A stretch of DNA of 64,000 bases from Marsupella aquatica (Eukaryota > Plantae > Marchantiophyta), in NCBI GenBank assembly GCA_973895155.1, contig OZ316896.1:22773722-22837721 (forward strand), given 5' to 3'. Numbering within the stretch: position 1 is the first letter of the stretch; every line of letters starts with the position of its first letter. The notes below the pieces were generated by a model, which saw nothing but the letters and a program-made list of their open reading frames with translations, made no database searches and was not told the origin of the DNA. The translations under genes and the position numbers were made by a program. This document shows, piece by piece, positions 35,601 to 48,316 of the stretch.

Positions 35601-35913
35601 TGCAGCAGCAGAAGCTGCAAAGGAAGCAATTTGGTTGGATAAGTTGATCGCGAAGATGGGTTTAGAGCATGGAAAAATGACTCTAAACTGTGATAGTCAG
35701 AGTGCTCTTCACTTGGTTGCTAACCAGGTGATGGATAGTAGGGTGAAGCACATTGATATCAGGTACCATTTTATCAGGCAAGTAGTGTCTGATAAAACTT
35801 TTGAGCTAGTCAAGATTGATGGAAAACTCAATCCCGCTGATGCCTTTACCAAAGTGGTTCCTTTGGAGAGTTTCTCAAGACACCGTGCTACTTTGCAGGT
35901 TTTGCAGTTGTAG
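32695..35913 (+). CDS. pol: Copia pol polyprotein (protease, integrase, reverse transcriptase, RNase H)
   Basis: WILDSACTFH, LWHFRLGH, HSDVWGP, FIDDYSR, RSDNG, KARLVAKG, LYGLKQ, YVDDM, YVDSD, KHIDIRYHF. Confidence 0.95.
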   Translation, partial: CQGYALNVVSNPGSDNWILDSACTFHICSRRDFFSSYTDSNGSVLMGNGIPCQVVGLGSVRFQMFDGAVRTVRNVRHIPSMMKNLISLGVLEANGHQWSSAHGVLQVSTGTKVVLKGKRHSNLYVLEGNVVCDEANVTLSHEETARLWHFRLGHMSEKGLVILQKKGLLSNLQSCKLEFCEHCVLGKQHRKPFGVGTHTSKEVLDYVHSDVWGPAPTPSHSGRLYYVTFIDDYSRYVWIYFLHSKSDVFATFKEWKAQVENQTGNKVRYLRSDNGDEYSSGEFGTYCKEQGITRHLTTSYTPQQNSVSERLNRTLLDRSRSMLSQSCLPHEFWAQAVNTAAYLVNFFPSSSIGFKTPFEMRYGRPADYSHLRIFGCDAYVLTPSQLRSKLESKSKKCIFLGYQKGVKGYRLWDPVTCKLIVSRDVSFNESRSSKEGESSQDSHTDKGKSPIPDPVEGEISHDAVHDRRDGEAPGLELVPVMEQEEQIVARVPQIQPATAADQLESSTRRTSSRSTRAPTRYGQWADSSKLDDIDIAPDDDDMTLILEEGEPSSYSEACASEQKDEWNAAMQRELQSLSDNKTWELVELPRSQQVVDSKWIYKLKDSPSEGGDKIYKARLVAKGFTQEKGVDYNEVFSPVPKYSTIRILCQLVVFFNLVMDQMDVVTAFLYGNLEEMIFMRQPLGFMKKGQENLVCRLLKSLYGLKQSPRQWNKRFDDFMLAQGFTRMVYDPCVYTKSVKNDVFGFIILVIYVDDMLIVAKDQSEVDSLKAKLSAEFRMKDLGKAKRILGMEIFRNSEIGQLCLSQGQYARKVLARFNMENCKPVSIPLASNFKLSSAFSPTDAVEKGLMAKIPYEKAVGSLMYLMTCTRPDLALAMGKVSRFMSNPGKVHWEAVKWILKYLKGTQNYGLLFDNRSNRTLVGYVDSDYGGCLDTRRSTTGFVYTLGGGCISWKSTLQKCISQSTTEAEYVAAAEAAKEAIWLDKLIAKMGLEHGKMTLNCDSQSALHLVANQVMDSRVKHIDIRYHFIRQVVSDKTFELVKIDGKLNPADAFTKVVPLESFSRHRATLQVLQL

Positions 35914-36103
35914 TGCAAGTAGAGTTATTTAGCAATGTGTGACTATTTGTATATGGATTACTCATTCCTGTTTGGCTACGGCTTAGTTCTAGTTAACCCT
36001 TAGTTAACCCTTGTGGTTTTTAGGGGGAGACCTGGTTTGGTGATTGTCTAGAACTTCCCGCTGAGGATTCCATATGGTTGCATTTAGTCCAGTCCCCAAG
36101 ACA

Positions 36104-36119
36104 AGAGTCAAGGGGGAGT
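36104..36119 (+). promoter_or_regulatory. Polypurine tract
   Basis: agagtcaagggggag immediately upstream of the 3' LTR. Confidence 0.85.
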
Positions 36120-36120
36120 T

Positions 36121-36464
36121 TGTTAGATATTGCTCTAGTATTGTGACTCTTGAGCTAACCACAGTTAGTCTAACTTGGGTTAGGACTTAGCTAATGTTAG
36201 CGGTAGTACTATTGTGCATATAGCCAGGGCTGATGCCAGACCCTGGTGGAACTTAGGCTCATTGTTACGGAGCTAGTTGAGAGATAGGGAGAGCTTGTGC
36301 TGTGGATGCTTGGTATGGCCGGTCGGCCTAGAGTGCAGTAAAGCTCTTGTGTGTTCCCGTGGACGTAGCCTCATGTGGAGGTGAACCACGTATCTCTCTG
36401 TGTCGACTATTGTGCGTTGGATGATTCATGGGCTTGCCGTTACGAATGTCGTCTATGCTCAACA
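36121..36464 (+). repeat. 3' LTR of the copia element
   Basis: Matches 26865-27208 and is followed by TSD CAAAC. Confidence 0.96.
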
Positions 36465-38055
36465 CAAACATCAGAATGATAACTTTATTTTACTAAATGA
36501 CATCTCTTCCTTTGTATTCTGGTTTTTTATGCTTAACTTACGGCATGGCACCCCCAAAAAAATTACATTGCTTTTGCCACAAACATGAATATACACTTTT
36601 GAAACTGTCAAAAATAGGATTTTTCCTGTTTGTGGTTGGTACATTGTGATGATGTGGTGCAACCCCATGACAGGGAATTTGTAAGGGACCTCTCATGGGG
36701 GTCCGTAATTACCACCAAATTAATAGAGTTATCAGTTCTAGTGACATGTCTCTACCATGTCACTGTATTTTGAAAAGTCTTGAAATGCCTAAGTGAGGAT
36801 TGAAACTTACCCCCTTTCAGTCTAGTTTGCTGAGAAAATTATTATTTACAATTTGAGATGTACAACCCCCTAGCAACATTGTCACTAGGGTTTCCATGAA
36901 TTGTAAAATCCTTGGGATATATTTCATGGCAATTGTCATTGAAAAGCAATTCCAAGGATTTACAATTCAAAGCCTCAAGGGATCAATAGAAATGTACTTA
37001 AAAAGTTTCCCCTAGCTTCTTTTGTGTGAGCGCCAATGTCATGCCTTGGTCATGTGAACGCACATAATTACATAACAGCAAAAGTTAAGTTCGATAATAT
37101 CACTTCATGGGCCTATTTGGAACACCCCTTCTTCCATTTAAAAAAAAATTGTTTCATAATACAGCCAAATCCATTTGGAAAAGGTCCAATTAATACTCTA
37201 CTTACAATAGAGAATTTTGGAACCCACAACTAATTCTAATTCTAGATGTCTATGTTCTAAATGCATCATGAAGGCCAGCATGAAGGTAAAAGGGCTTCTG
37301 GTAGCATAGAAGTACCTTTCTATAATAGTTCTACATTTATTTAGTATTTCTTTCCCCTTGTCATTACAAGAAAAATGACAATAAAACAGAGAGGATCCTC
37401 GAGAGGACCTACGCACACACTTGAATACTTACAGTTTGTTGAAGTTAACTTTTCTCATTTTACACTAACTGGTCAGAGTGCGCATTTTGTGAACCTAAAT
37501 AAAGGTGAAGACATTCCACCCTATTGTGCCATTCTCAGAGCCTCATCCCTTTCTCCATCCGCACCCAAACTTCAATTATGACCCAGAGTCATGGTCTAGA
37601 GGCTTCACTCTAGCCCAGCAGCCATGAAGGGTAATTTTTTAATCACAACTAGCCCCATTACCCGCTCTTTGAATGTGAGTAGAGGAGAGTACAATAAAAT
37701 GTAACAAAATATATTCATTATTCTCATTCTTGAAATATGTTAATGAAATAAGAAAACAATCATTCATTTATATATATGCACATCTTCTTTACATGCACAC
37801 TTTGGTGGGGCCCTAGAGTCATGGTCTAGAGGCTTCACTCTAGAAGCCTACACCCCTGACTCTAGCTTGGCTTTGGCACTTTATAAGTAAGATGATATAG
37901 TTACAGTCTTGACCACCAGCCCAGCCCCCCTTGGACATGCCCTTGCCCTAAACCCTATGGGGCCTTCCAAAGCCCAGATTTGAAGATCTTGAATCCAAGA
38001 GTAAGCCCAAGTTTGAAGATCTTGAATCCAACAGTAAGAACTCTGTCACAGCAAA

Positions 38056-38375
38056 GGGCCAGGTTCCATGGGCCAGGGGTAGGGAATACGGTTACTCCCT
38101 CTTACATCCCCTGGGGCCCAAATACACTGTATGCCAAGGTGTACATAGTATTTCAAATGTATGAATTTTGACTTAGGAGCCAATGAGAATGTCCTATACT
38201 GTTTTTATACAGGGGCAGGGGGTACCCCTGAAGTTTAACAGGGAGTGTGAGGGAAAATCATACTCCTTGATACAGTATTTGTACACCCCTCAGTCCCTGG
38301 AAAAGCTGCAATCTTATTGGCTTAAAAATTCTGACAGTCCGTACTCCTTACTCCCAGCCCCATGGAACCTAGCTC
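38056..38375. mobile_element. ~320-bp Tourist/PIF-Harbinger-like MITE
   Basis: ~36-bp imperfect TIRs gggccaggttccatgggccaggggtagggaatacgg / ccgtactccttactcccagccccatggaacctagctc. TTA on the right flank; the left flank (AAA) does not match. Confidence 0.68.
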
Positions 38376-38885
38376 TTAGGATTAACTAGTAGCTCTTGCC
38401 CCTTGACCGCTCTACAATGCTTACAATTTCTCGTGCAAACGAGCAGCCGCCTTCTGTTTCGGATACAATGATTTCTGTTTCCGTTCCTGCTTCAACATCA
38501 TCAAAATATCAAATGCTCCTGATTCGTTCTGAATCTTTGATCGACCCTAGTTGTGTACATTTGCATCCTTGTGAAATCTCGAGGGGAGGGAGTACGATAA
38601 ACCAAAAATTTGAGTGTTTCTGTGAGGCTAACGATTAGCTCCTTAGTGACAGAAATAATACGGCTCACTGGGACATCCTTTAGCCCGTTGCACCTCCACT
38701 GGCTCTAGTGATTTGAACTATGTGAAGGCCCTCGTTTCATATCCCTGCAGAATTGCAGTTAAATCTGTTACCAAGCCGCACAACTTCAAGGTTCAGCCAT
38801 TGTCCCAGTTTGGTCTTTCCCATATGACAGGAACCGGATGATTAAATCCATGAGCTGAGTATATGATCCGAGATCAGAGGATTTT

Positions 38886-41859
38886 CTATTGCATCTCTTC
38901 CCTCAGCAGATGAAAGAAAAGCTCGTTCACCGTATCGAGCGGGCCTGGCATGCACCAATGCAAGCAATCCTGAGGAGGAGGATGGCCTTTAGAATCCCAG
39001 GTTGTTTGCTTCAGGGGATCAGTGCTCCTATAAGGACCGGGATGGCCATCCCCTCTGTAATTCAGAACTGCATAGACATCTAGCAGCCTGAGTTTGGAGC
39101 CATTCGGCATGATCCTACCTCGAGAATTTTGTGTGTTGAACTCGAAAATGTTGATCTGTTTTGCACGCATCTGATCATTGAAAAGGTTCCTTGGTGCCTC
39201 CTGATACGGCTTCGTTTCTCCTGTGCATGATCCTCCGTTACTCCAGTTCCCACCATGGTAGTGATTTGGAGTATAAGTCCTCAAGATGGTGAGACCTCTG
39301 TATCCTGGATAAGAACCTACCTTTTGCAAGGTATTGTTCAATGCAATGTCGTAAGCGCTGCTGTGGTTCAGCTTCATTTCGCCAAATGTGGGAAGCCATC
39401 GAAACCCCGTTCCCCCCAACATCTCCCCGTTCATAAAATATGCTGTCTTCCGGAGCCACCAGTGGCCAGAGGAGAGGATTGTGACATCAAACGTGGGTAG
39501 ATGCTCTGCATAATCATCGAGCTCTGTGAGGTTGAGCTTGGTTACGCCTTGAGGTGCTGTAGAAGGTGGAAAATCTCCTCCGATTCGGACAAGCCACGAA
39601 GACCACATTCGAACAACTGTGAAACTATGAGATGGGAAGAACCATTTGTGCATGTTCTTGCCTCCCTTGGGCCTGGCCTTGGCAACCTAGACAAAATCAG
39701 GACACAAAGCTTAGCCTCACATCATAATTCTACAACCAGCAGGTATCAAGATCTAAATTTGAGATTTCACTTATTCTAGATTGGGGATTATATAACCAGG
39801 GCCCAAATTTGATGCACTTGCGCAAGCAGATTCGTATATCCAGTATACGTACCGTCTCAACGTTTAGTCGGAGTTACCTAAAAGCAAACTTTTCGATAAA
39901 TTTTACATCTCACACTTGAAAAGCCCCAATCTGGTAACTAGAAACAGCTTCCCAGTAAGCTTCTTAATTAATCTCCTTTCCTTAAGAGTTCAGGAGGTGA
40001 AGAGAGGTAGACAAACACTCCAAATACTTTTCTTCCTTTGCTGTTACTCTTCCCGCTGCCCAAATCCAATAGATCCACACCCTCCCGTGCATTCACAGAG
40101 GAAGCTCCCCACATCCTGACCCAAAAGGCTCCGGCTGGACACAGGGAGAGTGATGAATCGATTAATTAAGCCTCTCAAAATTGTAGCTAGTCATGAAGCC
40201 GAACAAGGAAACAAGCTCGTGGTCCTCACCTGGAGCAAAATGCACATCAGGGACTCCATTTGATTCCTTGCCAAGGAGTCTCCAATGAATGCCAGAGTTT
40301 TGCCTCGCATCATTTCCAGGAATGCATTAGGATCAAATCGAGGAAGCGAGCAGTGATCTGGTTCCCACTTATAGAACTCGTATCCATGGTCCGGCCTTCC
40401 ATTACTTTGGCAGTTTTGGCGCTGGCTTAGAATCGAGCATTGATCGGACCGGTATAAAGGCCCGGCAGGGTCATGAACCCATTTCCCGACCGTCAAATTA
40501 CATTCACCTGTCGAGTGATGCCAAACAAATAAAATGAGACTTGTAAACACGAATTAAGAAAGTCTCCATCAATAGGTCAGCGAGAATGCGATTTCTTGGA
40601 TCCCGCTCTGTTGCCCCAACATAGCAGCTAAATGGTCTCGACAGTAAAATTTGCACAGAAATTATGAAGCCATTGTGATACTTGCAAGCTCAAGTTTCTT
40701 TATCTGGCAGCTTCTAAACTAGGTGAGCGAGAATGCAATGACAAGAACTATGTAGGGAAGGGTGAACAATATTACAACTAAGTTAACCACTGGTAGGCGA
40801 TGATATGTATGCAACTACCTGACGTAGTGACAGTAGGTGTGCACACTGAACTTGTATCCAGTTCTTTGCAAGGATGAACAAGTAATTGACACTAGCGACA
40901 TATTTTGACGCCCTGGTCCGTAATCCTAATAAAGTTACGCTCTGACAGAACTTAGTTGAGGGCTCGAACGACAAATATCGTTGAGGATAGTTCCCGTTTG
41001 CATTCCTCGTATTGTCTACCAATCCAAAAGGTCATCTAATAACTAATGTCATAAGTTCAAGAAAATAGAATTCATCCAAATGTATTAGTGAATCACCTGT
41101 GGAGCTGTTCGAATTGGGTTTCATTGCTGTGGAGTCAATAGATTGGAGTGTTTCGACAAGCGACGTATTTTGCGCGTCATTCAAATTCACTATTTCTTTG
41201 TCTTCGCCGCTTGTTTTTAGAGTCTCATCTTGTGGTAGGTCTTCTGGGAAGAGTTTGATCTGCTTCTCCTTCTGTTGGGCAGAAACTTCAATTCTGGTTG
41301 AAGCCGTGGTAGATTGATAGGTCAGGTTGGTTTCGGTTCCGTCTACCTGCTGGTGAATGTCATCCTGTCCCACCGGCGGCATCATTAACGTGGTCTTGAC
41401 GTCCTTTTCATCACCAATTGCGTTTTCTTCCAGATCTGGTGACGCATAATCTTTGTCCACATTTTCAATGCTAGATTTAACCTCCTGAGCTGACTCCCTC
41501 GATAACAGTTCACTTGGAGAAGAGGAAACTTTCACCGCATCCTCCTCAAAGATTATCAACGACCTATCAGAAGCCGCATAGTGGAGATTGTGGTACTTGG
41601 GGAAGAATTCTACTTGCATGGGATCAAAACTAGGATCCATTATCACTTGGAGAGAGGACTCCAGAAAAGACCTGCTGAGTAATCCCATGACTATCACAAT
41701 CAGGGTTCCTATGATGCACAATTGCCGGAAACTGAAACTGAAACTCTTGAGACCATATCTCCAATCCGTGTATGCTAGTAACTGAACATTGTGTTGGCTG
41801 CCTGTCGTCATAAATTCTCTGGAGGACTCCACTAGCTTGTTGTCGTCGGACGACGCCAT
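38886..41859 (-). CDS. Trichome birefringence-like (TBL/PC-esterase) polysaccharide O-acetyltransferase; exons 41859-41097, 40507-40230, 39686-38886
   Basis: N-terminal TM plus low-complexity stem; CNLTVGKWV; QNCQSNGRPD; FIGDSLARNQ; RGDGHPG; DCLHWCMPG. GT-AG junctions keep the frame. Confidence 0.93.
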
Positions 41860-44760
41860 TGACGCTACGAGAATCTCCGTAGCCGCTAAACCATTCAGAA
41901 GAGGTGCCTCCGAAATGTCACTGGCATCTCAGAGTTGGTCATGCAAAAGTTGTCAACGGCACTTTCAATCGAGAAGGAACCTTTAAATGGAGGAGCGACT
42001 CCAATTGGAGGTACCCAGCAGATGGGAGCATTGTTGAGACGAAATTTCCAACTTGCGCAAGACAAGGTTCAGAAGTTGCCGTGTTCTCGTCCAATTTTAG
42101 AACAATGATTTGCGGCCGTCAACAACTGATGAAACCAAGCGTCTGAGTTACCAATGGACTTTGAACACCATAGCTTCCTTGCTACTTGTCACAGAACTTC
42201 AGGCTTTAGGTGGCTTGACGTACAACGCCCGAGGAAGTTAGAATTTACGCTAGGGAGCAGCTGGCTCTAAGCCTCTAATACAATACCCACATCCAAAAAA
42301 TGCGAATTCGTACGATTGATCGCCCACCGCTCCATTTTGTCCTCGAGCTCCTACTCCTGCAGACGATGAAAGTTCGCTCCACGTGAACGAATTTATTTGC
42401 ATTGAAAATATAATATTCATCATGCCCTAGCACGAAAACGAAAAACGCAAAAGAAAAGCCTTTCGACATAGTCCAGACACAAGAAAGACATGGCAGTTAT
42501 TTGATGTTGCTCTATCCCCAGTGATTCCATCCAGGCATCCCATGAAAAGGTGGCAAAATTTACACGCTGTGGTAGTTCTCAATCCCTGCTGGTAATCATT
42601 CATTGATTGGCCGCATTGGGTTCAACTGGCTGCTGTGCCAGTCAAGTTTCCGTGCTGACCGAGAGTAAAATAGCCATTATATGCTTGTATAGGCTCCCCT
42701 GACAGAGTACATTCTCAATTCCAAGGCAAAGTCCCGCGACGAGAAAGAACAACGAGTAGGAGCGGATACTCGTCTCCAACAACTATCGGGGGTTGTTACG
42801 TCAGCGTTGTTACTCCAGAGCTTGTTAGAGTCACAAATTCAAACCAAAAGAGGAGGGAAACTTCAAATGCGCTTGGGCCCATTCCTTGCTCTATATATTC
42901 TTTCAGTTACAGGAGGCGTAGTGTGCTCCCACACCTGCTCGAGCCATGCATCCACCCTCACTGTCTACTTCAAACAGAAGTATCCTCCACACTCAACAAA
43001 TAGATCATCGAGAGAAATCTCCCGACTAGAAGAACCGTAGTCTCGTGCACTCTTTTCCCGGTTCTTTCTCGTGCAAACGAACCATTATATTGATTGGACT
43101 AGAGGAGACTGTGTGAGAGATGTTCAAGTGAACACGTACGACTCCTTCAAATTCCGAACGTCCTAACTGTGTACATTGCTCTCCGCAGCCACCACGACCT
43201 TGTGCATCTCTCGACGAACTCGCTTCTAACCTCATCATCACCATAACAGTCCCGAAAGCAATTGAAGGATTGTGGACTGGAACTTCAAATTGTTCTTCTA
43301 GCTCGGAATCTCAATCGCCTCTCGCACCTAATTCGTCTGAAAAGGAAAATCACTCATAGAATCCACTCGGAAGGTCAATTGCCCGACTCAAAGCTCAGAA
43401 CTATGATACTAATGGAGCAGAATTTTCAGAATCGCAGCTTTCCACAATGCACATTCGAAGTAAGGCGAACGTGGGTACGTTTTTGTGAGGGCGTCCTTGC
43501 CGAAGGCATCGTCAGGCCAGACACCAGATCAGAACTCAGTGATTCTCCACTCCGAGTGAATCCACTCCACCTTATTGAGGTTGAATCTTGAACATGCTCG
43601 ATCTTCATGCTTCGCGTGTTCTCCGATCTTTGCGTCGAGGCACCCTTTGCGTGGGACCGAGATCGGGGTCCGTCCCGTCCTTGAGGGCCGTACCTCCGAC
43701 TTAACTCAGTCACTAACAGTGGGGGTTCAAATCGACCGTGGCGATGTCGACTGCACCGGGAAGTCACTGTTATGGCCGTCGATGTCATTTGCACTAACTG
43801 CGGTTAAGGTCGGGTTGCGATTACTCAGGACTACCGGCACGCGTTCCTGCGACTCTCAGAGCTAATTCCGCTTTAGAGGATGTTTGTTTAATCTTAATGC
43901 CGTTGGTGATTTTTCCCTTTGTATTTGCAGGACTTGTGAATTTTCCTTTTGTATTTTTCAGGACTTTATTGTATACATAAAGTCAAGATCTGTATCACCT
44001 CGTTAATAAGTTCTGCTCTAATTTAATTCCTTTAGGTATATTAAGGTATAGTTTCTGCAACCTTATAGGCAATAATAGCCCATCAAAAGTTGAGCTCAAT
44101 TTCTCATTTTTGGGGCATTATATCCCATAGTGCCCTCTAAACAAGACCTTGTCTATACTTAATGTCCTCTGCGTTTTTAGTGTTTGTATTTTTGGGGGCA
44201 TTTTAGCCCATAGTGTCCTCTAAAGATGACTTTACTGTAACTTAATGTCCTTTGTGAGTTTTTGCCTCTAGATTTTCATGGCATTCTTGCCCTGGTCAAG
44301 ATCTCGATCACCTTTGTAGGAAAATATTCTGGGCGCATAATTGCCCTGGTCAAGATCTTGATCACCTTTGTAGGAAAATTCTCCTACACTTTTACTAAAA
44401 GTGCGAAAAATAAAAATCTCTCAGACCTGAAGTGTAGCAAATTCCTGTTTCCAGAGCATGATGGACAATAATAGCCTCTCAAAACTCCACTGAAGCTCTG
44501 ACTTTCTTGGGCGGCAGTATATCCCATAATAATGCCCTCTAAACAGGACTTTAGTGTACACACTAATCAAAACGATCCTTGTTGGAAACTTGAACAAAAC
44601 CCAAAGTACACTAGGAAGCAAGAAGTCATAGGGGGTGGCAAAGAGGCCAAATGAAGCTATCCAAAGTCAGACGTCTCAAAACGGAATGTGGGTGTTAGCT
44701 AGGGACTGCCTCCCTCCAAACATGATCTGCTCAAAGTGCAGTACAAATAATCAGAGAGAG

Positions 44761-44926
44761 AGATACTAGATGGACCCCTAAATTGAGAAGTGTTACTAAA
44801 TAGACCCTATGAGGCCCCTTGAGATTTTAGGACAGTTGATCTAAGGTCTATCAAGGGTACGGGATCACTCATGGGGTCCATCAAGTAATAAAAGTCTTTC
44901 ATTTTGGGGGTCCATCAAGAATATCT
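44761..44926. mobile_element. ~165-bp fold-back/MITE-like inverted repeat
   Basis: gatggacccctaaattga pairs with tcattttgggggtccatc; inner ttactaaatagaccctatgag pairs with ctcatggggtccatcaagtaa. Confidence 0.6.
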
Positions 44927-45442
44927 TGGATAATGATATGTAATTCTTTCTGCTCTTGGAATGCGAGTCAAACTATGACCTACTACTGACTGTAAGAACC
45001 TTTATGCTGTTGGGCACTTCTTGGACGGTTGGTATATCAACTTTGGAGCATGAGGACTCTGGTCTCAAATCAGATGTTTACAATAATTGGGGTTTGAATC
45101 TGACAACCGTATGAGGTGTGAAATTACCACATGTTAAGACTTGCTATTTCACACCAGATTGAGGGAGGTGCCAAATCAGCAGAAAACCTGCCAAAATTGA
45201 ACTTCAACTTATTGCTGGACATATGTAGGTCCCAGAAGATGAGGATTAATGAAGTGGTGATCAATCTAAATCCAAACTCCCAGCTTCCTTCCTCCTCGGG
45301 TGTATCTGTAATTTCCCATCTGTCTTATTTCTGGATCCGCTCAAGGCTTCCACATCCAAAGTCAGTCTCGTAAATTTGAATTGTGACTGGAGATCTAGAT
45401 TTAATGAAGTTGAATGACTGATCCCTGACTCTGGACCGGTAT

Positions 45443-46146
45443 GCTGAAACATACTTATTGACTGAAACAATCGCATTGAATGGGACTGTAGATTGGCCCA
45501 TCCTAGCTAATTTGGAAAATAAATCAGTTGAATTCAGGAGCTTTCGCAATCTGCAGACTTCTACTTCAGTTTTTCGTTCTCTCCCTGCTGTCGAATCTGT
45601 CTTCTACCATAATCGATCTCTCGAGACACAGGAAATCTTTCTCGATCTAGTTCGTGGCTAGCCGCACCACTGGGCCCTTATCCCAAGCTCGAAAAGATGA
45701 TTTATTGACTGTCAATTGCAGGATATATTCATGTATCAAGGTCTTCAAAGGTGGAAGGGTAGAAGAGACTGAAGCGGCCCGCCTCCTTAGCTGAAACATG
45801 CATACTTATTGACTGAAAATCGCATTGGATGGGACTGTAGATTGGCCCATCCTAGCTCATTTGGAAAAAAATTCAGTTGAATTCAGGAGCTTTCGCAATC
45901 TGCAGACTTCTACTTCAGTTTTCGTTCTCTCCCTGCTGTCAGATCTATCTTCTACCACAATCGATCTCTCGAGACAAATGAAATCTTTCTCGATCTAGTG
46001 CTCGCAAAGTTCTTGTCGAGCCGCACCACTGGGACCTTAACCCTTGCCTGAAAAGATAATTTATTGACTGTCAATCGCAGTATAATGTATCAAGGTCTTC
46101 AAAATGGAAGGGTAGAAGAGACTGAAGCGGCCCTCCTCCTTAGCTG
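45443..46146. repeat. ~350-bp tandem duplication just downstream of the first P450
   Basis: gctgaaacat..acttattgactgaaa..tcgcatt..gggactgtagattggccc...cctccttagctg at ~45443 and ~45790. Confidence 0.9.
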
Positions 46147-46204
46147 CTCAACAACGCTATGCACCATATTTACCCTGCTACTTACACAGACGAGTCTCGA
46201 TTGG

Positions 46205-48316
46205 CTATTCTGGTGACAGGAAGCGATAAACGTTCATCGGCAATCTTGGAGACGCAATAACCTCAATGGGGGTCCGCATACAGTAAACCGCAGCTCCAGG
46301 TACCTCCCCTAAGTCCACATCCTCAGGGCTGACGCCGGGAGGAAGAGTCCAATCGTAAGCTTGAAGGAACGCGGCCAGAATGTAGTCTACCAGGGTGAGT
46401 GCCAAATTCTTCCCAGGGCACATTCTTCTCCCAGATCCAAAGGGCAAGAGCTTGAAATCTTGCCCGAGCATATCCATTGTAGTCGACAAAAACCTTTCTG
46501 GATAAAATTCAAGGGGACGCTCCCAGACTTCAGGGTCCCTCCCTATTGCGTAAACATTGACGTGAACTTGAGATTTCTCTGGTATGTGATACCCTGCCAC
46601 CTCGCGTGCCTCCCTGCACTCGTGGGGAAACAGCATCGGGCCAGCAGGGTGCAATCGCAAGGCTTCCATCAGGATGCAACGCAAATACTTCAAGTTGGGG
46701 GTGTCGGTTTCCTCCACGAGTCGGTGCTGTCCCACAACAGTGTCCAGCTCGTCTTGAGCCTTTTTAAGGACATGTGGGTGTCTGACGAGCTCCGCCATTG
46801 TCCACTCCACCGTAACGCTGGCCGTGTCGCTCCCAGCATTCACCGTATCCTGTACACACAAGTCTCTCATTGTTTAGTAACTATTAAGAAATATTGGAAC
46901 TCAAAAACATTCTTGCAAGCCAGATGGAGAAAACAAAATGTCACAACGAAAGGAGAAGACGTGAATTAACACCGGAGACAGGCTAGTGCGTACCATTAAG
47001 ATTCCTTTAATTTGCGTGTCCGTCCACGGCTTCTCTCCATCTGCGGTGGGACGTGTGAGCAGCTTATCGACGAAATCCATGGCTTCGTTCTCGGTGTGTT
47101 GCTTCGAAGAAAGAAGTGTTTGCCGGCGGTCATCGATGATTTTCTGGAAGAACTTGTCATTCTTTTGACCCACGGCTCGCATCCGTTTTAGAGAGCCTTG
47201 AAGGTCGAAGGGCTTCAGGATTGGAATGTAATCTCCGATGATGAAGCTGCCATTTAATTTGAACACCTCCTCAAGGGTTTCCATTGCCATTGTGGCTTCG
47301 CCAGGATCTACAGAGGACTTGGGCCCGAGGAAGCTCTTGTTCATAATCATCCGAGTGATGTTGTTCATGGCGAGCTGCTTCAGATAATGGCTCAAGCAAA
47401 CTGGTTTCCCACTTTTACATTCTTCGAATATGGAGTGCAATGCACTTGAAACCTCTTCTTTCCTGATGTTCTGAATGAACGATCACAACGAAGAACAACT
47501 TCGATCAAGGTACTCAAGAAGCTTTTAACACAGGGAGCAAAACAGGGAATTCGTAATGTCTCTAATAAATTAACTCTGTTTGATATGATTAAACCGGTCC
47601 CAGCTAGCACAATTGTTCGGTTGTTTCCAAGACAAGCAGCTGATCTCGTTTCATTGCAAAGGCCGGATAAATCGTTCTTTCCGTTGTAGAAATCCATCCG
47701 GCCTTGAGAATAAAATCAGATCAGGTTACATGTACTCACAGATGTCGAAAACAAATTGAAGCGACCGGAAAATACAGCTAACTGTGGATTTGGTAGGGCG
47801 TAATTTATGAACCTGGAATTGTTGGATTCTTGTGTTGGTCAGGAGCTCAAGACTGAACACTTTCCTCGCATGGCGCCAGAATGGTCCATAGGGAGCCGTG
47901 ATAACGGTCTGGCTGCCGTAGCTCATGATTGTGAACTGAGTGAGCTTTGGTCGCGAGGCAAATGCAATGTCATGTGTCTTGAGTATCTCCTCAGCAATTT
48001 TGGGGGAAGAGACGATAATCGTTTCTTTTGAACCCAGAAGCAAGCGGAAGATAGGTCCATATTGCTTGGCGAGCTTTTGAAAGTCCCTGTGAGGAAGAGG
48101 TCCGATGACCGCAAGATTCCCAATCACTGGCCATGGTCGGGGACCAGGAGGTCTTCGATGACGATCCTTTCGCCTGAATGTGTGCCAGTAGAACACCACG
48201 AGTACCACTACAATCGCCAAGGGTACAGTGAGAAGATGCTGCTGCAAAGCTAGGAGCGGTGATGGAATCCACGAGACGCTTGGATTGGACCACGAGCCTG
48301 ATTGCAATTTATTCAT
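46205..48316 (-). CDS. Cytochrome P450, CYP71 clan (A-type); exons 48316-47813, 47470-46994, 46849-46205
   Basis: TM anchor, PPGPRPWPVIGNL, FASRP, AGSDT I-helix, EALR, PERF, PFGSGRRMCPG. Confidence 0.95.

Larger units (their letters stand above)
26865..36464 (+). mobile_element. Full-length Ty1/copia LTR retrotransposon, disrupted by a nonsense codon and a nested insertion
   Basis: Two 344-bp TG...CA LTRs; TSD CAAAC (26860-26864, 36465-36469); PBS; PPT; domain order gag, PR-INT-RT-RH. Confidence 0.97.

Noticed and set aside
42794-43717. Possible solo LTR (TGTTA...TAACA)
   Set aside because: No matching TSD for any candidate pair of ends.
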